A DNA stretch of 35,917 nucleotides from an uncultured Gammaproteobacteria bacterium (GTDB lineage: Bacteria > Patescibacteriota > Microgenomatia > 0-14-0-10-38-17). The notes under the pieces were generated by a model, which was not told the origin of the DNA, made no database searches, and saw nothing but the letters and a program-made list of their open reading frames with translations. Both the position numbers and the translations under genes were made by a program. The DNA lies in NCBI GenBank assembly GCA_964348895.1, contig CAYGEH010000001.1:72676-108592 (forward strand). Direction: 5' to 3'. Shown one piece after another: positions 14,959-24,826 of the stretch. Within the stretch, counting starts at the first letter, position 1; every line of letters begins with the position of its first letter.

Positions 14959-16464
14959 TTAGGTGGTAATTTTTAGAGCTGTTTTAATTTTTTTCTTAGC
15001 CAAACGGGTTTTGGCAAAATCTAGCCAAGAAGAAGCTGGACCCTTTCGGTTGCGATCTAGTATTATTTCAACAATTTCGCCATTTTTGAGTTGATAATCT
15101 AAACCAACCATTCTGCCGTTAACTTTAGCCCCTCCAGTTTGATAACCCATTTTGGTATGAACAGCATAAGCAAAGTCAATTGGAGTGGCTCCGTCAGGCA
15201 AGTCGAAAGCATCACCCTTGGGAGAAAAAACAAAAATCCGATGTTCTAGAGCATCAAACTTGACTGAGGCAATAAAATCACTAGAGTCAATAATTTCGTC
15301 TTGCCAGGCAGCCAATTGCTGAACCCAAGCCATTTTTTCCTTCGGCGAAAAAAAGCTTATTTGATCAATTTTGCTTGAATCAGTCCTGGTTTTTGATTTT
15401 ATTTCCGAAAAATACCAATGGGCGGCCGCCCCATACTCGGCCTGCTCGTGCATTTCTTCAGTTCGAATCTGAATTTCAATTATTTGACCATCACCCAGAA
15501 AAACATTGGTATGAACTGAGCGATAACCATTTGGTTTAGGCTGAGCAATCCAGTCCCGTACCCCCAGATGAGGAACTGGACGCCAAAGCTTATGAACTAA
15601 GCCTAGGGCCAAGTAACACTCATTAATGCTGGAGGTTGTAATTCTTAGGGCCATTAGATCGTGAATGTTGTCCATGTTTTTTTCATTCTCTGGCCGCAAT
15701 AGTTTTCGCCACAAACTATAAAGATGCTTGGCTCGACCATCAACCTTTGCTCTAACTCCTTCTTTGGCCAACTCTTTCAAAATGGTTCTTTTAAGTTTTT
15801 TAATCCGCTCTTCGGCTTTATTATAATAAGAATCAGAGTATTCAATTAACCATTCGTATTCAGCCGGATAGCAATAGAGGAAAGCCAAGTCTTCTAATCC
15901 CCCCTTAACCTGCCCCATCCCTAATCTTTCTGCCAGTGGCGCATAAACTTCTAGGGTTTCCTCAGCAATACCAAACTGTTTTTCGGGAGGTAAGTATTCT
16001 AGGGTTAACATATTATGATAGCGATCGGCTAATTTAATAAAAACTACCCGTAAGTCTCGAGACATTGCCAAAAACATTTTTCTTAAGTTTTCAATAAATT
16101 GACTGTTATTAGAACCACGCAGACGAACTCGACTAACTCGAGTTAAACCATCAACCAGTTCCGCTATTTCTTCACCAAAAACTCCTTTAATGTCTTCCAC
16201 CTTGATCGAAGTATCCTCAACCACATCATGTAAAAGAGCCGCTACAATTGAGGCTGAATCCAATTTCCAGTCAACAATAATCTTAGCTACGGCTAAAATA
16301 TGGGTAGTTACCGGAGCACCAGAGAGGCGTTTTTGCCCTTGATGAGCGGTAATTGCAAATTCATAGGCTCGATTAATTAAGTCAAGGTCGGCCTCAGGAT
16401 GATAGTCCTTAATCTGGCCAAGTAGCTCTTCAAAGGTAATTTCTTTAATTTTATTAAACAGCAT
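14959..16464 (-). CDS. rel: RelA/SpoT homologue (HD hydrolase + synthetase + TGS; no ZFD/ACT), 501 aa
   Basis: LLHDVVED, KLADRYHNM, YAPLAERLG, GRAKHLYS, PKPNGYRSVHT, EIQIRT, TPIDFAYAVHT...GAKVNG. Confidence 0.93.
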   Translation of the reverse strand: MLFNKIKEITFEELLGQIKDYHPEADLDLINRAYEFAITAHQGQKRLSGAPVTTHILAVAKIIVDWKLDSASIVAALLHDVVEDTSIKVEDIKGVFGEEIAELVDGLTRVSRVRLRGSNNSQFIENLRKMFLAMSRDLRVVFIKLADRYHNMLTLEYLPPEKQFGIAEETLEVYAPLAERLGMGQVKGGLEDLAFLYCYPAEYEWLIEYSDSYYNKAEERIKKLKRTILKELAKEGVRAKVDGRAKHLYSLWRKLLRPENEKNMDNIHDLMALRITTSSINECYLALGLVHKLWRPVPHLGVRDWIAQPKPNGYRSVHTNVFLGDGQIIEIQIRTEEMHEQAEYGAAAHWYFSEIKSKTRTDSSKIDQISFFSPKEKMAWVQQLAAWQDEIIDSSDFIASVKFDALEHRIFVFSPKGDAFDLPDGATPIDFAYAVHTKMGYQTGGAKVNGRMVGLDYQLKNGEIVEIILDRNRKGPASSWLDFAKTRLAKKKIKTALKITT

Positions 16465-18142
16465 TTTCTCTAATGTCTTTAATGTTTAATTGTAATGTTT
16501 CCTTTTTTTGATAGCGATTTATAGTCAAGCTAAAAACTAAATCAACCCGATCACCAATCATCAAACTTTTTCCCCCTAACCCAAACCCAATTCCCAAGAG
16601 AGTTCGCTGTTTATTTAACTTTGTTTTGGCTGAAATTCTTTCTAATGAACTAAGAGCACCTTCCTCAAGAACTAGCTTTAGGTGATCGCCGTTTCGACCA
16701 ACCTTTCTTATTTCTCTAATTATAACCCCAGAAGTATAAAAAAGTGGTTCTGGGTTTGCTAGACCAAACGGCTTAAATTGATCCAGGCGAAGAAAAAAGG
16801 AACGGCTAAGATCAGTAAAACTAACTTGAGCGTCAATTGTTAAGACTGGAATTAGAGCTTTTTTGTCAATCTCTTTTTCTGCTAAAGTCAAGAACTCTTT
16901 TTTAAGCCTGTCAAGATTCTTTCTTTCAATTGTAAATCCAGCGGCTAGGGGGTGACCACCAACATCAACTAGACAATTAAGTTGTCTTAGGGCCAAAATA
17001 ATATTAAAACCTCTAATCGAACGACATGAGCCTCTAAAAAAACCATTTTCTTCTGCCAAAACCACACTGGGCCGACAAAATTTTTCTGTTAACTTACCTG
17101 CGACCAGTCCTATAATACCAGAATGGAAAGAGGGGTGATAAACAAAGATTGCCTTTTGTTTGGTTAAATTTTCTTCAACAACTATTTTCTCGGCTAATTT
17201 CAGGGCCTGTTCGGTTAAAAGCTGTCTCTCTCGATTCGCCAGATCTAGTTTTTGGGCTAAACTCTTAGCCCTTTCCTTGTCTAGAGTACAAAGCAGTCTG
17301 ACAGAATCAAGAGCGTGATATAGTCGCCCCATGGCATTAAGTCGAGGACCAAGTAAAAACCCTAAATGATAAACAGACAGGTCTTCAGTATTAATTCCCG
17401 CCTGATTCATTAAAGCTCTTAATCCAACCCTGTCGGTTTTTACCAAATCTTCTAAACCATATTTAACTAAACTGCGATTTATTTTTAATAAAGGAATCAT
17501 GTCTGTCACTGTCGCCAACGCCAGCAGGTCAAGAGCATAAGTTTTATTTCCCAAAACTTCTCTAGCAAGAAACCAGGCCACCGCTGCTCCGCAAATTTGA
17601 TCACTCCAAATAAGAGCAGACGTTTTGGGGGGCAAACTTTTAGCTCGAGCGTGATGGTCGGTAACTATTATCTTCACTCCCATTTTGGTGATTTTGTCGA
17701 TTTCCCAATGAGCGACAATTCCATTATCAACAGTAACTATTAGGCCAAGATCGGGGTTTTCCTGATAAATCTGTTTAAAAGATTTATAATTTAAACCATA
17801 TCCTTGAGCCCGATCAGGAATAAACGGCAGAACATTAAAACCAGATCTCCACAGCGCCTCCCATAAAATAGTTGTCCCAGCAATACCGTCAACATCATAA
17901 TCGCCCCAAACTAAAACTTTTTGATTTGCCTCCTTAACTGACCAAAGAATCTTAATTGCCCTTTCAATTTCTCTTTGATTAATCCCCGCTTGAGTGGGAG
18001 TAAGCTTACTGGGGTGCTGGGGTTTAAAAAACTCTAAAACATCTTTAATTTCTCGATCAGCTAATAAAAAATTAATAATTTCTTCTCGTCGTTTAAGGAC
18101 GGTTTTTGCTTGGGGAACAAACTTAATTTGCCAGTCTTTCAT
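16454..18142 (-). CDS. recJ: Single-stranded DNA-specific exonuclease RecJ
   Basis: WGDYDVDG, VTVDNGI, VTDHH, ATVTDMIPL, GPRLNAMGR, GSCRS, GGHPLAAG, PFGLANPEP. Confidence 0.96.
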   Translation of the reverse strand: MKDWQIKFVPQAKTVLKRREEIINFLLADREIKDVLEFFKPQHPSKLTPTQAGINQREIERAIKILWSVKEANQKVLVWGDYDVDGIAGTTILWEALWRSGFNVLPFIPDRAQGYGLNYKSFKQIYQENPDLGLIVTVDNGIVAHWEIDKITKMGVKIIVTDHHARAKSLPPKTSALIWSDQICGAAVAWFLAREVLGNKTYALDLLALATVTDMIPLLKINRSLVKYGLEDLVKTDRVGLRALMNQAGINTEDLSVYHLGFLLGPRLNAMGRLYHALDSVRLLCTLDKERAKSLAQKLDLANRERQLLTEQALKLAEKIVVEENLTKQKAIFVYHPSFHSGIIGLVAGKLTEKFCRPSVVLAEENGFFRGSCRSIRGFNIILALRQLNCLVDVGGHPLAAGFTIERKNLDRLKKEFLTLAEKEIDKKALIPVLTIDAQVSFTDLSRSFFLRLDQFKPFGLANPEPLFYTSGVIIREIRKVGRNGDHLKLVLEEGALSSLERISAKTKLNKQRTLLGIGFGLGGKSLMIGDRVDLVFSLTINRYQKKETLQLNIKDIRENAV

Positions 18143-18193
18143 GATAGAATGAGGTTGATAATTATTAAAACTTCAAGCTATAAGCATATTATA

Positions 18194-19573
18194 ATGAATA
18201 ATCAAATAATTGCCAAAACTAACCTTTCTTTGCCTCAAACAGCCCTTTCTTTTTTTCAAAATTTTCATCAAGCTGGCTTTGATATTTTTTTAGTCGGAGG
18301 TGCCGTTCGCGATCTATTATTAAAACGACCACTTAAAGACCTTGATTTCACCACCTCCGCTACACCAGAAAAAATCCAAATCCTTTATCCTAAAAGTTTC
18401 TATGATAATACTTACGGTACAGTTAAAATTCCCCAACCTAAAACTAAGATTGAAATTACCACTTTCCGCTCTGAATTTGATTATGATGATTATCGTCGGC
18501 CCAGTAAGGTTATTTGGGGGAAAACCATTGAGGAGGACCTGGCCCGACGAGACTTTACTATTAACGCTCTGGCTCTAGGGGTTAGGGCAAAACAAAAAAC
18601 ACTTCAACCAAGCCTAGTCGATGTTTTCGCTGGTCAAAAAGATTTAAAGAATGAGCTAATTAGAACCGTTGGTAGCCCAGAAGAACGCTTTAATGAAGAC
18701 GCTTTAAGATTATTAAGAGCCATTCGCCTTTCGGCCCAATTAAGTTTTAAGATTGAAGCTAAAACCCTGAAAGCGATTAAAGAAAAATCTTCTTTAATTG
18801 AAAGGGTTTCTTGGGAAAGAATTCGGGAAGAGCTTTTTAAAATTTTACAAACAGATCAGGTTGAATCTGCTTTTGAACTAGCCAGAAAAACTGGTCTCAT
18901 TAATTACCTTCTTCCCGAGCTAATTGAGGGTTATAAGTTAGAACAGAAAGGTCATCATCTTTGGGAGGTTTGGAAACATTCTCTTCTCTCCGCCCAATAT
19001 TGTCCAGTTAGCGATCCAATCGTTAGACTTGCTGCCTTAATTCATGATGTCGGAAAACCAATTGTAGTTAAAGATGAAAACGGAGAAAGAACCTTTCACA
19101 ACCATGAGGTCGCTGGTGCTTCTCTGGCTTATCAAATTGGGCAAAGATTAAGACTCTCCCGAAAAGATTTAGATCGTTTGGTTAAACTAGTCAGACACCA
19201 TCAGTTTTCTGTTTCTGAAAAACAAACTGACAGGGCTATTAAGCGCTTTATTAGAAAAGTTGGGCTAGAAAATGTTTCTAGTTTGTTGGCTCTAAGAACC
19301 GGAGATCGCTTGGGTAGTGGAGCCAAGGAAACTTCTTGGCGAACCGAGCTATTTAAAGAAAGACTTGTTGCAGTCCAAAAAGAACCCTTTTCCATTAAAG
19401 ATTTAAAAGTTGATGGCTATGATGTAATGAAAACTTTAAACCTTTCTCCTGGACCAAAAGTGGGTAAAATTTTGGCTCAAATTTTTACTCAAGTGGATCA
19501 GGGTAAATTATTAAACGAAAGAGAGCTGCTTTTGGAGGCAATAAAAAATAATCAACTAAGCAAAGAGGAATAA
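18194..19573 (+). CDS. cca: CCA tRNA nucleotidyltransferase (class II) with HD domain
   Basis: VGGAVRD..DLDF, EITTFRSE.DY..YRRP loop, EDLARRDFTINA, FNEDALRLLRA, LIHDVGKP; no poly(A)-polymerase signature seen. Start re-called to MNNQ (18194). Confidence 0.88.
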   Translation: MNNQIIAKTNLSLPQTALSFFQNFHQAGFDIFLVGGAVRDLLLKRPLKDLDFTTSATPEKIQILYPKSFYDNTYGTVKIPQPKTKIEITTFRSEFDYDDYRRPSKVIWGKTIEEDLARRDFTINALALGVRAKQKTLQPSLVDVFAGQKDLKNELIRTVGSPEERFNEDALRLLRAIRLSAQLSFKIEAKTLKAIKEKSSLIERVSWERIREELFKILQTDQVESAFELARKTGLINYLLPELIEGYKLEQKGHHLWEVWKHSLLSAQYCPVSDPIVRLAALIHDVGKPIVVKDENGERTFHNHEVAGASLAYQIGQRLRLSRKDLDRLVKLVRHHQFSVSEKQTDRAIKRFIRKVGLENVSSLLALRTGDRLGSGAKETSWRTELFKERLVAVQKEPFSIKDLKVDGYDVMKTLNLSPGPKVGKILAQIFTQVDQGKLLNERELLLEAIKNNQLSKEE

Positions 19574-19575
19574 AT

Positions 19576-20451
19576 TTAACCCCGCTGTTTTCTCCTTAAT
19601 TTCCATTTTCGCCAAACCACTAAAAGAGGCACAACCAGGAAGGTTGACGAATAGGTTCCTAAGGTTATTCCTATCAAAAGGGCGGTGGCAAACCAGCGAA
19701 CCGTTTCTCCCCCCAACAGCAAAATTGCCACTAACATAAAAATAATTGTCCAAGAGTTGTTAATGTTTCTAACGACAGTGGCATTAATACCCTCGTTGGC
19801 CACTTTTTCAATTTCCGCTTCTTGAGTAAAGGATTGTTTAAGCTGGTCTTTCATATAGCCAAAAGTTACCACAGCATCATAGACTGAGGTTGCCAGGGTG
19901 GTTAAGGCAGCAGTAACAAAAAGAGAATCAACTGGGGCTCCCAAAAATCGTCCCAAAAAAGCAAAGCTTCCCAAAAGAATTAAATTATCGTGAATCATTG
20001 CTAGTGCCGCCGCCAAACCAAGGTCAATATCTTTAAAACGCCAGGCAATATAAAGTAAAACCAAAATAACAGTCAGGGCAATTGCTAACAAAGCCTTTCT
20101 AAACAACTCTTGACCAAAAGTAGGACCAACCGTTTCTAATCGCGAAACAACCAATCCTCTTTCCTCAAAGAAGCTAACTGCTCTGTCCCTTTCTTCCCAT
20201 CCTCCTTCAAGGCGAACAAGCAAACTCTCTGCTCCAGTTTCTTGAACTTGAACTACTGCCAGCCCAGCATCACCGAGCTCTTTTCTTAAATTAGACAAGT
20301 CTTCTTCTTGTTCAAACGAAACCTCTACTAATGAACCACCAACAAAATCCACCCCTAAAACTAAACCAAAACGAATCAAACCATAAATTGAGGCTGAAAC
20401 CAAAAAAACAGAAAGAATAAAGCTAATTAAGCGATATTTAATAAAATTCAT
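19576..20451 (-). CDS. secF: Protein translocase subunit SecF
   Basis: LGVDFVGGS, ETVGPTFGQEL, MIHDNL, SVYDAVVTF, GTYSSTFL. Confidence 0.94.
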   Translation of the reverse strand: MNFIKYRLISFILSVFLVSASIYGLIRFGLVLGVDFVGGSLVEVSFEQEEDLSNLRKELGDAGLAVVQVQETGAESLLVRLEGGWEERDRAVSFFEERGLVVSRLETVGPTFGQELFRKALLAIALTVILVLLYIAWRFKDIDLGLAAALAMIHDNLILLGSFAFLGRFLGAPVDSLFVTAALTTLATSVYDAVVTFGYMKDQLKQSFTQEAEIEKVANEGINATVVRNINNSWTIIFMLVAILLLGGETVRWFATALLIGITLGTYSSTFLVVPLLVVWRKWKLRRKQRG

Positions 20452-20466
20452 TTTAAAAAAATATAA

Positions 20467-21795
20467 TTATTTACCAAAAACCTTCATTAGATTTCTGGTA
20501 ACGATAATGCCAGTAAAAAGTGATGTTACTACTCCTAGGCTCAAAGTTAAAGCAAACCCTCTTACCATTCCGGCTAAGGGCAAAAACGACCAATCAAAGG
20601 GATTAAATAAAACAAAGCCAGCAATCAAAATACAAATATTAGCATCTTTAATAGACTCCCAAGCTTTACCTAAGGCTAATCCTTGAGCAATTCTATTTTC
20701 CTTGCCAGCGCGCTGTTCTGCTCTTAGTTTTTCAAAAATAACAATATTAGAATCTACCGCCATTCCCACTGAAAGAATAAAACCAGCAATTCCTGGAAGG
20801 GTTAGGGTAATTGGAATTACTCGATACAGAAAAAAAGAAACTAAGGCATAAATCAGCAAAGAGATACAGGCAAATAAACCTAACTTTCCATAAAAACTAA
20901 TCATAAAACCCATTACTGCCGTTAATCCAACTAGTCCGCCAATAATGCTTTCCCTCACTGATTGAGCACCAAGAGTTGCCTCAACGGTTTTTTGGCTAAC
21001 TAGATCTAGGGAGACCGGCAGGGCTCCGGCATTTAGTTGGGCAGCCAATTTTTTGGCCTCATCAAGGGTGAAATCACCACTAATTAAAGCCTGTCCCTGG
21101 GTGATTGGTTCTTCAACAACCGGAAAAGATAGGGGCATTTCGTCTAAAAAAATTGCTAAAATTTGTCCTTGAACTTCTTGAGTGATTTGAGCAAACTTTT
21201 CTCTTCCTTGATCGGTAAATTCTAGGGTTACCACCGGCTGATTGGTGTTCTGATTAAAACTTACTCCCGCTGATTCTAAATCGCCACCAGTTAAACCAAC
21301 TGAAATAAACCCAGCCGCAGGAGAAGCTTCGTCAACTTGACGTCTAAAATCCAAAGAGGCTGTTTGCCCAACCAAATCGATTGCTTCTTGAACATTTTCC
21401 ACCCCCGGTAGTTCAACAATAATTCTTAGAGTTTCGTTTTCCCAAGCCGATTGAACTAAGCTTTCGGCAACACCATAAATGTCAATCCGACGACGAATAT
21501 TTTCTGTTAAAGATTCAGACAGACGATCTCTTTCTTGGCTTCCAGTTAGGTTTTCTGTTTGAGTTTCAAAAACTAAATGGCTCCCTCCAGCTAAGTCTAA
21601 GCCCAAACGAAGAGGATAGTAGGTGGGAACCTCTAGTCCCAAAAAAGAAATAGTCGGACGAGGCAGATTAAAACTAAAGTCAAGGGGGCGTCCTAAAAAG
21701 TTAGTTTTAACTGAAATTTGAGAAGGTAAATTAATATACAAACAAAATAGACTTAAAACAACAATGGTGATAAAAATCTTAATTGGTCGAGTCAT
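20467..21795 (-). CDS. secD: Protein translocase subunit SecD
   Basis: LRLGLDLAGGS, RRIDIYGVAE, LNAGALP, TLPGIAGFILSVGMAVDSNIVIFE. Confidence 0.95.
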   Translation of the reverse strand: MTRPIKIFITIVVLSLFCLYINLPSQISVKTNFLGRPLDFSFNLPRPTISFLGLEVPTYYPLRLGLDLAGGSHLVFETQTENLTGSQERDRLSESLTENIRRRIDIYGVAESLVQSAWENETLRIIVELPGVENVQEAIDLVGQTASLDFRRQVDEASPAAGFISVGLTGGDLESAGVSFNQNTNQPVVTLEFTDQGREKFAQITQEVQGQILAIFLDEMPLSFPVVEEPITQGQALISGDFTLDEAKKLAAQLNAGALPVSLDLVSQKTVEATLGAQSVRESIIGGLVGLTAVMGFMISFYGKLGLFACISLLIYALVSFFLYRVIPITLTLPGIAGFILSVGMAVDSNIVIFEKLRAEQRAGKENRIAQGLALGKAWESIKDANICILIAGFVLFNPFDWSFLPLAGMVRGFALTLSLGVVTSLFTGIIVTRNLMKVFGK

Positions 21796-21800
21796 CTCTT

Positions 21801-22376
21801 TTAGGTTAAAAGGTGGGTCTCATTGCCTAAAACGGTTAAGCGAGGAGCCATTAAAAGATTGGTTAAAAATGGGTCTTTGCCCGAGTAGCGAAACCTAAAT
21901 TCCGCCTCATCCATCACTGAATAATTAATTTCTCTTTTTTTGTTTCTTTCTTCTTGAGAAATCAATGCCGACAATTCTGGCAAAATAACCTCACCAACAA
22001 CAAAAACATCAATCGCTTCGTCTTGTCTGGGTTTCCCTTGGGCAAAACTTTTAGAAAAAAAGACCCATTTTATTTTCCCCAAGCGAGGCTGATTTTTAAT
22101 AATTGCCTCTCCTAGGCCAACCGTTTTTAGAAAAAGTAATAAAAGTGCCTCATAGTGAACAAAGTCTTGGTCAAGATAAAAATAAATCCGATTAGCTCTT
22201 TTTTCGCTTTTAAGAAGACCAAGTCTCCTCAGATTATCCAGCTCCCGACGAACGGCATTTATTTGCTCGTTAATCTTTCTGGATAATTGCCGACCATAAT
22301 AAAGCTTGTCGGGACAAGAAAAAAAGGTTTCCAGTAACTTAATCCTTACCTTAGAAACAAATAGATGACGAAGCAT
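21801..22376 (-). CDS. Winged-HTH fused to a degenerate minimal nucleotidyltransferase (MNT-like) domain
   Basis: N-terminal wHTH (YGRQLSRKI..NAVRRELDNLRRLGLL); C-terminal FSKSFAQG...EAIDVFVVG (degenerate GS..DxD). Confidence 0.7.
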   Translation of the reverse strand: MLRHLFVSKVRIKLLETFFSCPDKLYYGRQLSRKINEQINAVRRELDNLRRLGLLKSEKRANRIYFYLDQDFVHYEALLLLFLKTVGLGEAIIKNQPRLGKIKWVFFSKSFAQGKPRQDEAIDVFVVGEVILPELSALISQEERNKKREINYSVMDEAEFRFRYSGKDPFLTNLLMAPRLTVLGNETHLLT

Positions 22377-22379
22377 AAA

Positions 22380-23573
22380 TTAAAACTTAATCGTGTTTCC
22401 GGCTGGAACAACTCCTATCCAAATTGGACCTCGGTTTAAGCGTATTTCTGCACCAGTATTGTCAAAAAAACGTGTTCGACTGGTTCGAGACTGTTTCTCC
22501 CAAGTTCCTCTCTTGGCTTGTCCATCTTGAAAAACTAATAGCTGTCCAGTGCCAATAACATCATAAAGAAGGTGTTTGTTCTCTCCAAAAGGACCTCTTT
22601 CTCGAGCAAACTGAACAATTACAGTTTTAGCAGACAGGGTTTCATCGTTAATAAAATCCTTTTGGGCTTCCTCTCCATTATAACGAAGATAGATGTTCTT
22701 CTCTTTGTCATATCGCCAAATAACGTCATAATTTGGCTGATTAGACCAAAAATAAACTTCAATTTCAGCAACGTCACCTCGATTGGCCAGAATCTCCTCT
22801 TCTTTGAATAACCAAGGTCGAAAATTTTTGTTCCAGTCATCCCCAGTTTGAGTAGTTTTATTGGTCAATCCTCGCTGGGCTGCTTTTTCCCATAGAGCAG
22901 GAGTATCGCAATACACGGTGTGTTCGGTGGCAATGTCTGCCCCTAGCCGAGTGTCTCGACGACACTCTCTATAGGAAAGAGAAAATTGATTTAGGTCGCT
23001 CCAGGTTCCTTTGTTCATCCAACCATACTGGCGAATTTGACAAAGAGCCCTGGCTTCTTCGCGAACAGTTAGATCCCCACATTCCCCAGCCCCACCAACA
23101 TGAACATAAAGAGGATAGTCGCCATATTCTGAAGCCCAATCTAAAAAGTAGGTCCTGGCAGAACGAACCGGTCCAATGTCATATTTTTCTTCCGCTTTCA
23201 ATGCAGCCTGACAATAAAAAACCGCCAAAAACCTCGTAATTCCCCCCTCAGCAACTACTTCATAAACCACATCCGCCCTTGATAACCCAGACTGAGGACG
23301 AGCCTCTAGATGATTTTCTATTGTTGCTGTTAGAGGCCGACGAGTCTGCCAAAGGTCTCTTTCGGTTTTGGTAAAATAAGCTCCATTGAGAGGACATTCC
23401 TGATCTCTGGGTCCAAGAGCAACGATTTGGTCTCCCTGTTCACCCTGGCTAGTCGGATTAATTATTGTCGCTCCTTGATGGTTAAAATAAGCAAACGCCG
23501 CCCAAGAGACCCCAGTAACCGCCAAGTATAGCCCAATTCCGCCTCCAATAAGAAGTTTTTTTCTTTTATTCAT
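22380..23573 (-). CDS. DUF3048-family membrane-anchored protein
   Basis: IENHLEARPQSGLSRADVVYE...EGGITRFLAVF, GPVRSARTYF, H.GG. Start re-called to MNKRKK (23573). Confidence 0.88.
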   Translation of the reverse strand: MNKRKKLLIGGGIGLYLAVTGVSWAAFAYFNHQGATIINPTSQGEQGDQIVALGPRDQECPLNGAYFTKTERDLWQTRRPLTATIENHLEARPQSGLSRADVVYEVVAEGGITRFLAVFYCQAALKAEEKYDIGPVRSARTYFLDWASEYGDYPLYVHVGGAGECGDLTVREEARALCQIRQYGWMNKGTWSDLNQFSLSYRECRRDTRLGADIATEHTVYCDTPALWEKAAQRGLTNKTTQTGDDWNKNFRPWLFKEEEILANRGDVAEIEVYFWSNQPNYDVIWRYDKEKNIYLRYNGEEAQKDFINDETLSAKTVIVQFARERGPFGENKHLLYDVIGTGQLLVFQDGQAKRGTWEKQSRTSRTRFFDNTGAEIRLNRGPIWIGVVPAGNTIKF

Positions 23574-24057
23574 TAGTCGATTTATGTTTACCACTAATAG
23601 CTTGCTTTATAGCTTCTTTTTCTTCCTTAGAAAAAGAGCCATCAGTTTTACCGCCAGTAACATTCTTGGTATAAAGCCTTGTTCCTTCCCGACTGTGAAA
23701 ACTAGAAACAACTATACCATTGTTTTCTCCATCCAACAAGACCAGGGAAAAGCTTTGATTGCCGCCCGTTTGGTTAAAGGGATTATATCTAATTATCGCC
23801 ACTTTTTGAACATGACTCTTAGTTTTATTTTCTAGAGCAACAAGGGCGTTTTTGTTAAGCTTCGTCTCTTTTCGGTTTTCTTCCTGATCGACAACTAATT
23901 TCTGAACAATCTTATCTAAATTGCTGGATCCAGCACCTCTTATTAATCGCTGGTACTTTCTGATCGTAAAAATAAGCAACAAGGTTAATGCTACCAGCCA
24001 AAAAAAAACTGCTAGCCAAACTAAATTTAAATCAATCCCAAAGTTAGCTAAAACCAT
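23566..24057 (-). CDS. DUF4446-family protein
   Basis: N-terminal TM and coiled coil; KVAIIRYNPF...GGNQSFSLVLLD..NNGIVVSS.HSREGTR.YTK. Confidence 0.88.
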   Translation of the reverse strand: MVLANFGIDLNLVWLAVFFWLVALTLLLIFTIRKYQRLIRGAGSSNLDKIVQKLVVDQEENRKETKLNKNALVALENKTKSHVQKVAIIRYNPFNQTGGNQSFSLVLLDGENNGIVVSSFHSREGTRLYTKNVTGGKTDGSFSKEEKEAIKQAISGKHKSTNE

Positions 24058-24154
24058 CTATCCCTATAATAACTTTCTCCTAACAATAATGTCAACAAAA
24101 AAATTCTATCCTTTCCGCTTGCAAACCAGCTTTGCTTAAGCTAAGATAAGGCTG

Positions 24155-24370
24155 ATGGCTAAAAAAACTAGAAAAGAAAAACTAGCCGCCGATTTAAGAA
24201 GGAGTCGCCCTGTTGTTTCTCAAAACTCTTTTCTCAAAGTGGGCCAAACACCATCCACCGTTCTTTCTCCTAATCCTTATCCCCACGTTAAAGGGGATCT
24301 TTTAAAAAGCATTCTTTTGGCCTTGCTTATTCTTGGTCTTGAGCTTGTGTTATACTGGCAACTAAGTTGA
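24155..24370 (+). CDS. Small hypothetical protein with basic N-terminus and C-terminal TM helix
   Basis: 71 aa; TAAGAT 7 nt upstream; YPHVKGDLLKSILLALLILGLELVLYW tail-anchor pattern. Confidence 0.7.
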   Translation: MAKKTRKEKLAADLRRSRPVVSQNSFLKVGQTPSTVLSPNPYPHVKGDLLKSILLALLILGLELVLYWQLS

Positions 24371-24454
24371 AGCTAAAAATGTTAAATGTTTCTCGCTTAA
24401 TTAGCAATCAGTTTCAAAAAAGCTTATTAAACTGCCCAAAAGGGGGTGACAACA

Positions 24455-24598
24455 ATGACCTTTTATTGCGTTAAGTGTCGCGAAAAAAAAGAAGTTGACA
24501 ACTACGAAACCGTTACTTGGAAAAATGGTCGTCGAGCCGCTAAGGCTAAGTGTCCAAATTGTGGCACCGGTATGTATCGAGTGCTTCCCATGGCATAA
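24455..24598 (+). CDS. 47-aa zinc-ribbon protein (DUF5679-like)
   Basis: Not in the ORF track. MTFYCVKCREKKEVDNYETVTWKNGRRAAKAKCPNCGTGMYRVLPMA; SD-like GGGGGTGA upstream. Confidence 0.85.
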   Translation: MTFYCVKCREKKEVDNYETVTWKNGRRAAKAKCPNCGTGMYRVLPMA

Positions 24599-24826
24599 CG
24601 GCCAGAAAGTTGTTTCTTTTTAAACAACCAAAACAACTCACTTGTTTTCTCTTAAAAAACATTTAAGGGGTAAGATAAGTGGGTTTTTTGGTGTTACTGT
24701 AAAAAAGCTGTTTAAGTTCTTCATTTTTTTTTATTTTCATTGTTTTAGACTTGCTCTCTTTATTTGTTACCAAAAGATAATTTACTTCAAAGCTGCCTCG
24801 CCTAATTATCGTTTCAACAAAGAAAT

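Noticed and set aside
18194-19573. Poly(A) polymerase or a CC-only adding enzyme
   Set aside because: The PAP-specific motif was not seen and the flexible loop (E.DY..YRRP) is present. An A-adding-only enzyme cannot be excluded without assay.
24601-24826. About 225-bp gap with a 25-codon minus-strand ORF (24663-24740), a 62-aa plus-strand ORF and a GATAATT-N21-AATTATC inverted repeat (24776-24810)
   Set aside because: No recognisable protein or RNA family. The repeat is at most a weak terminator for the capA-like gene.
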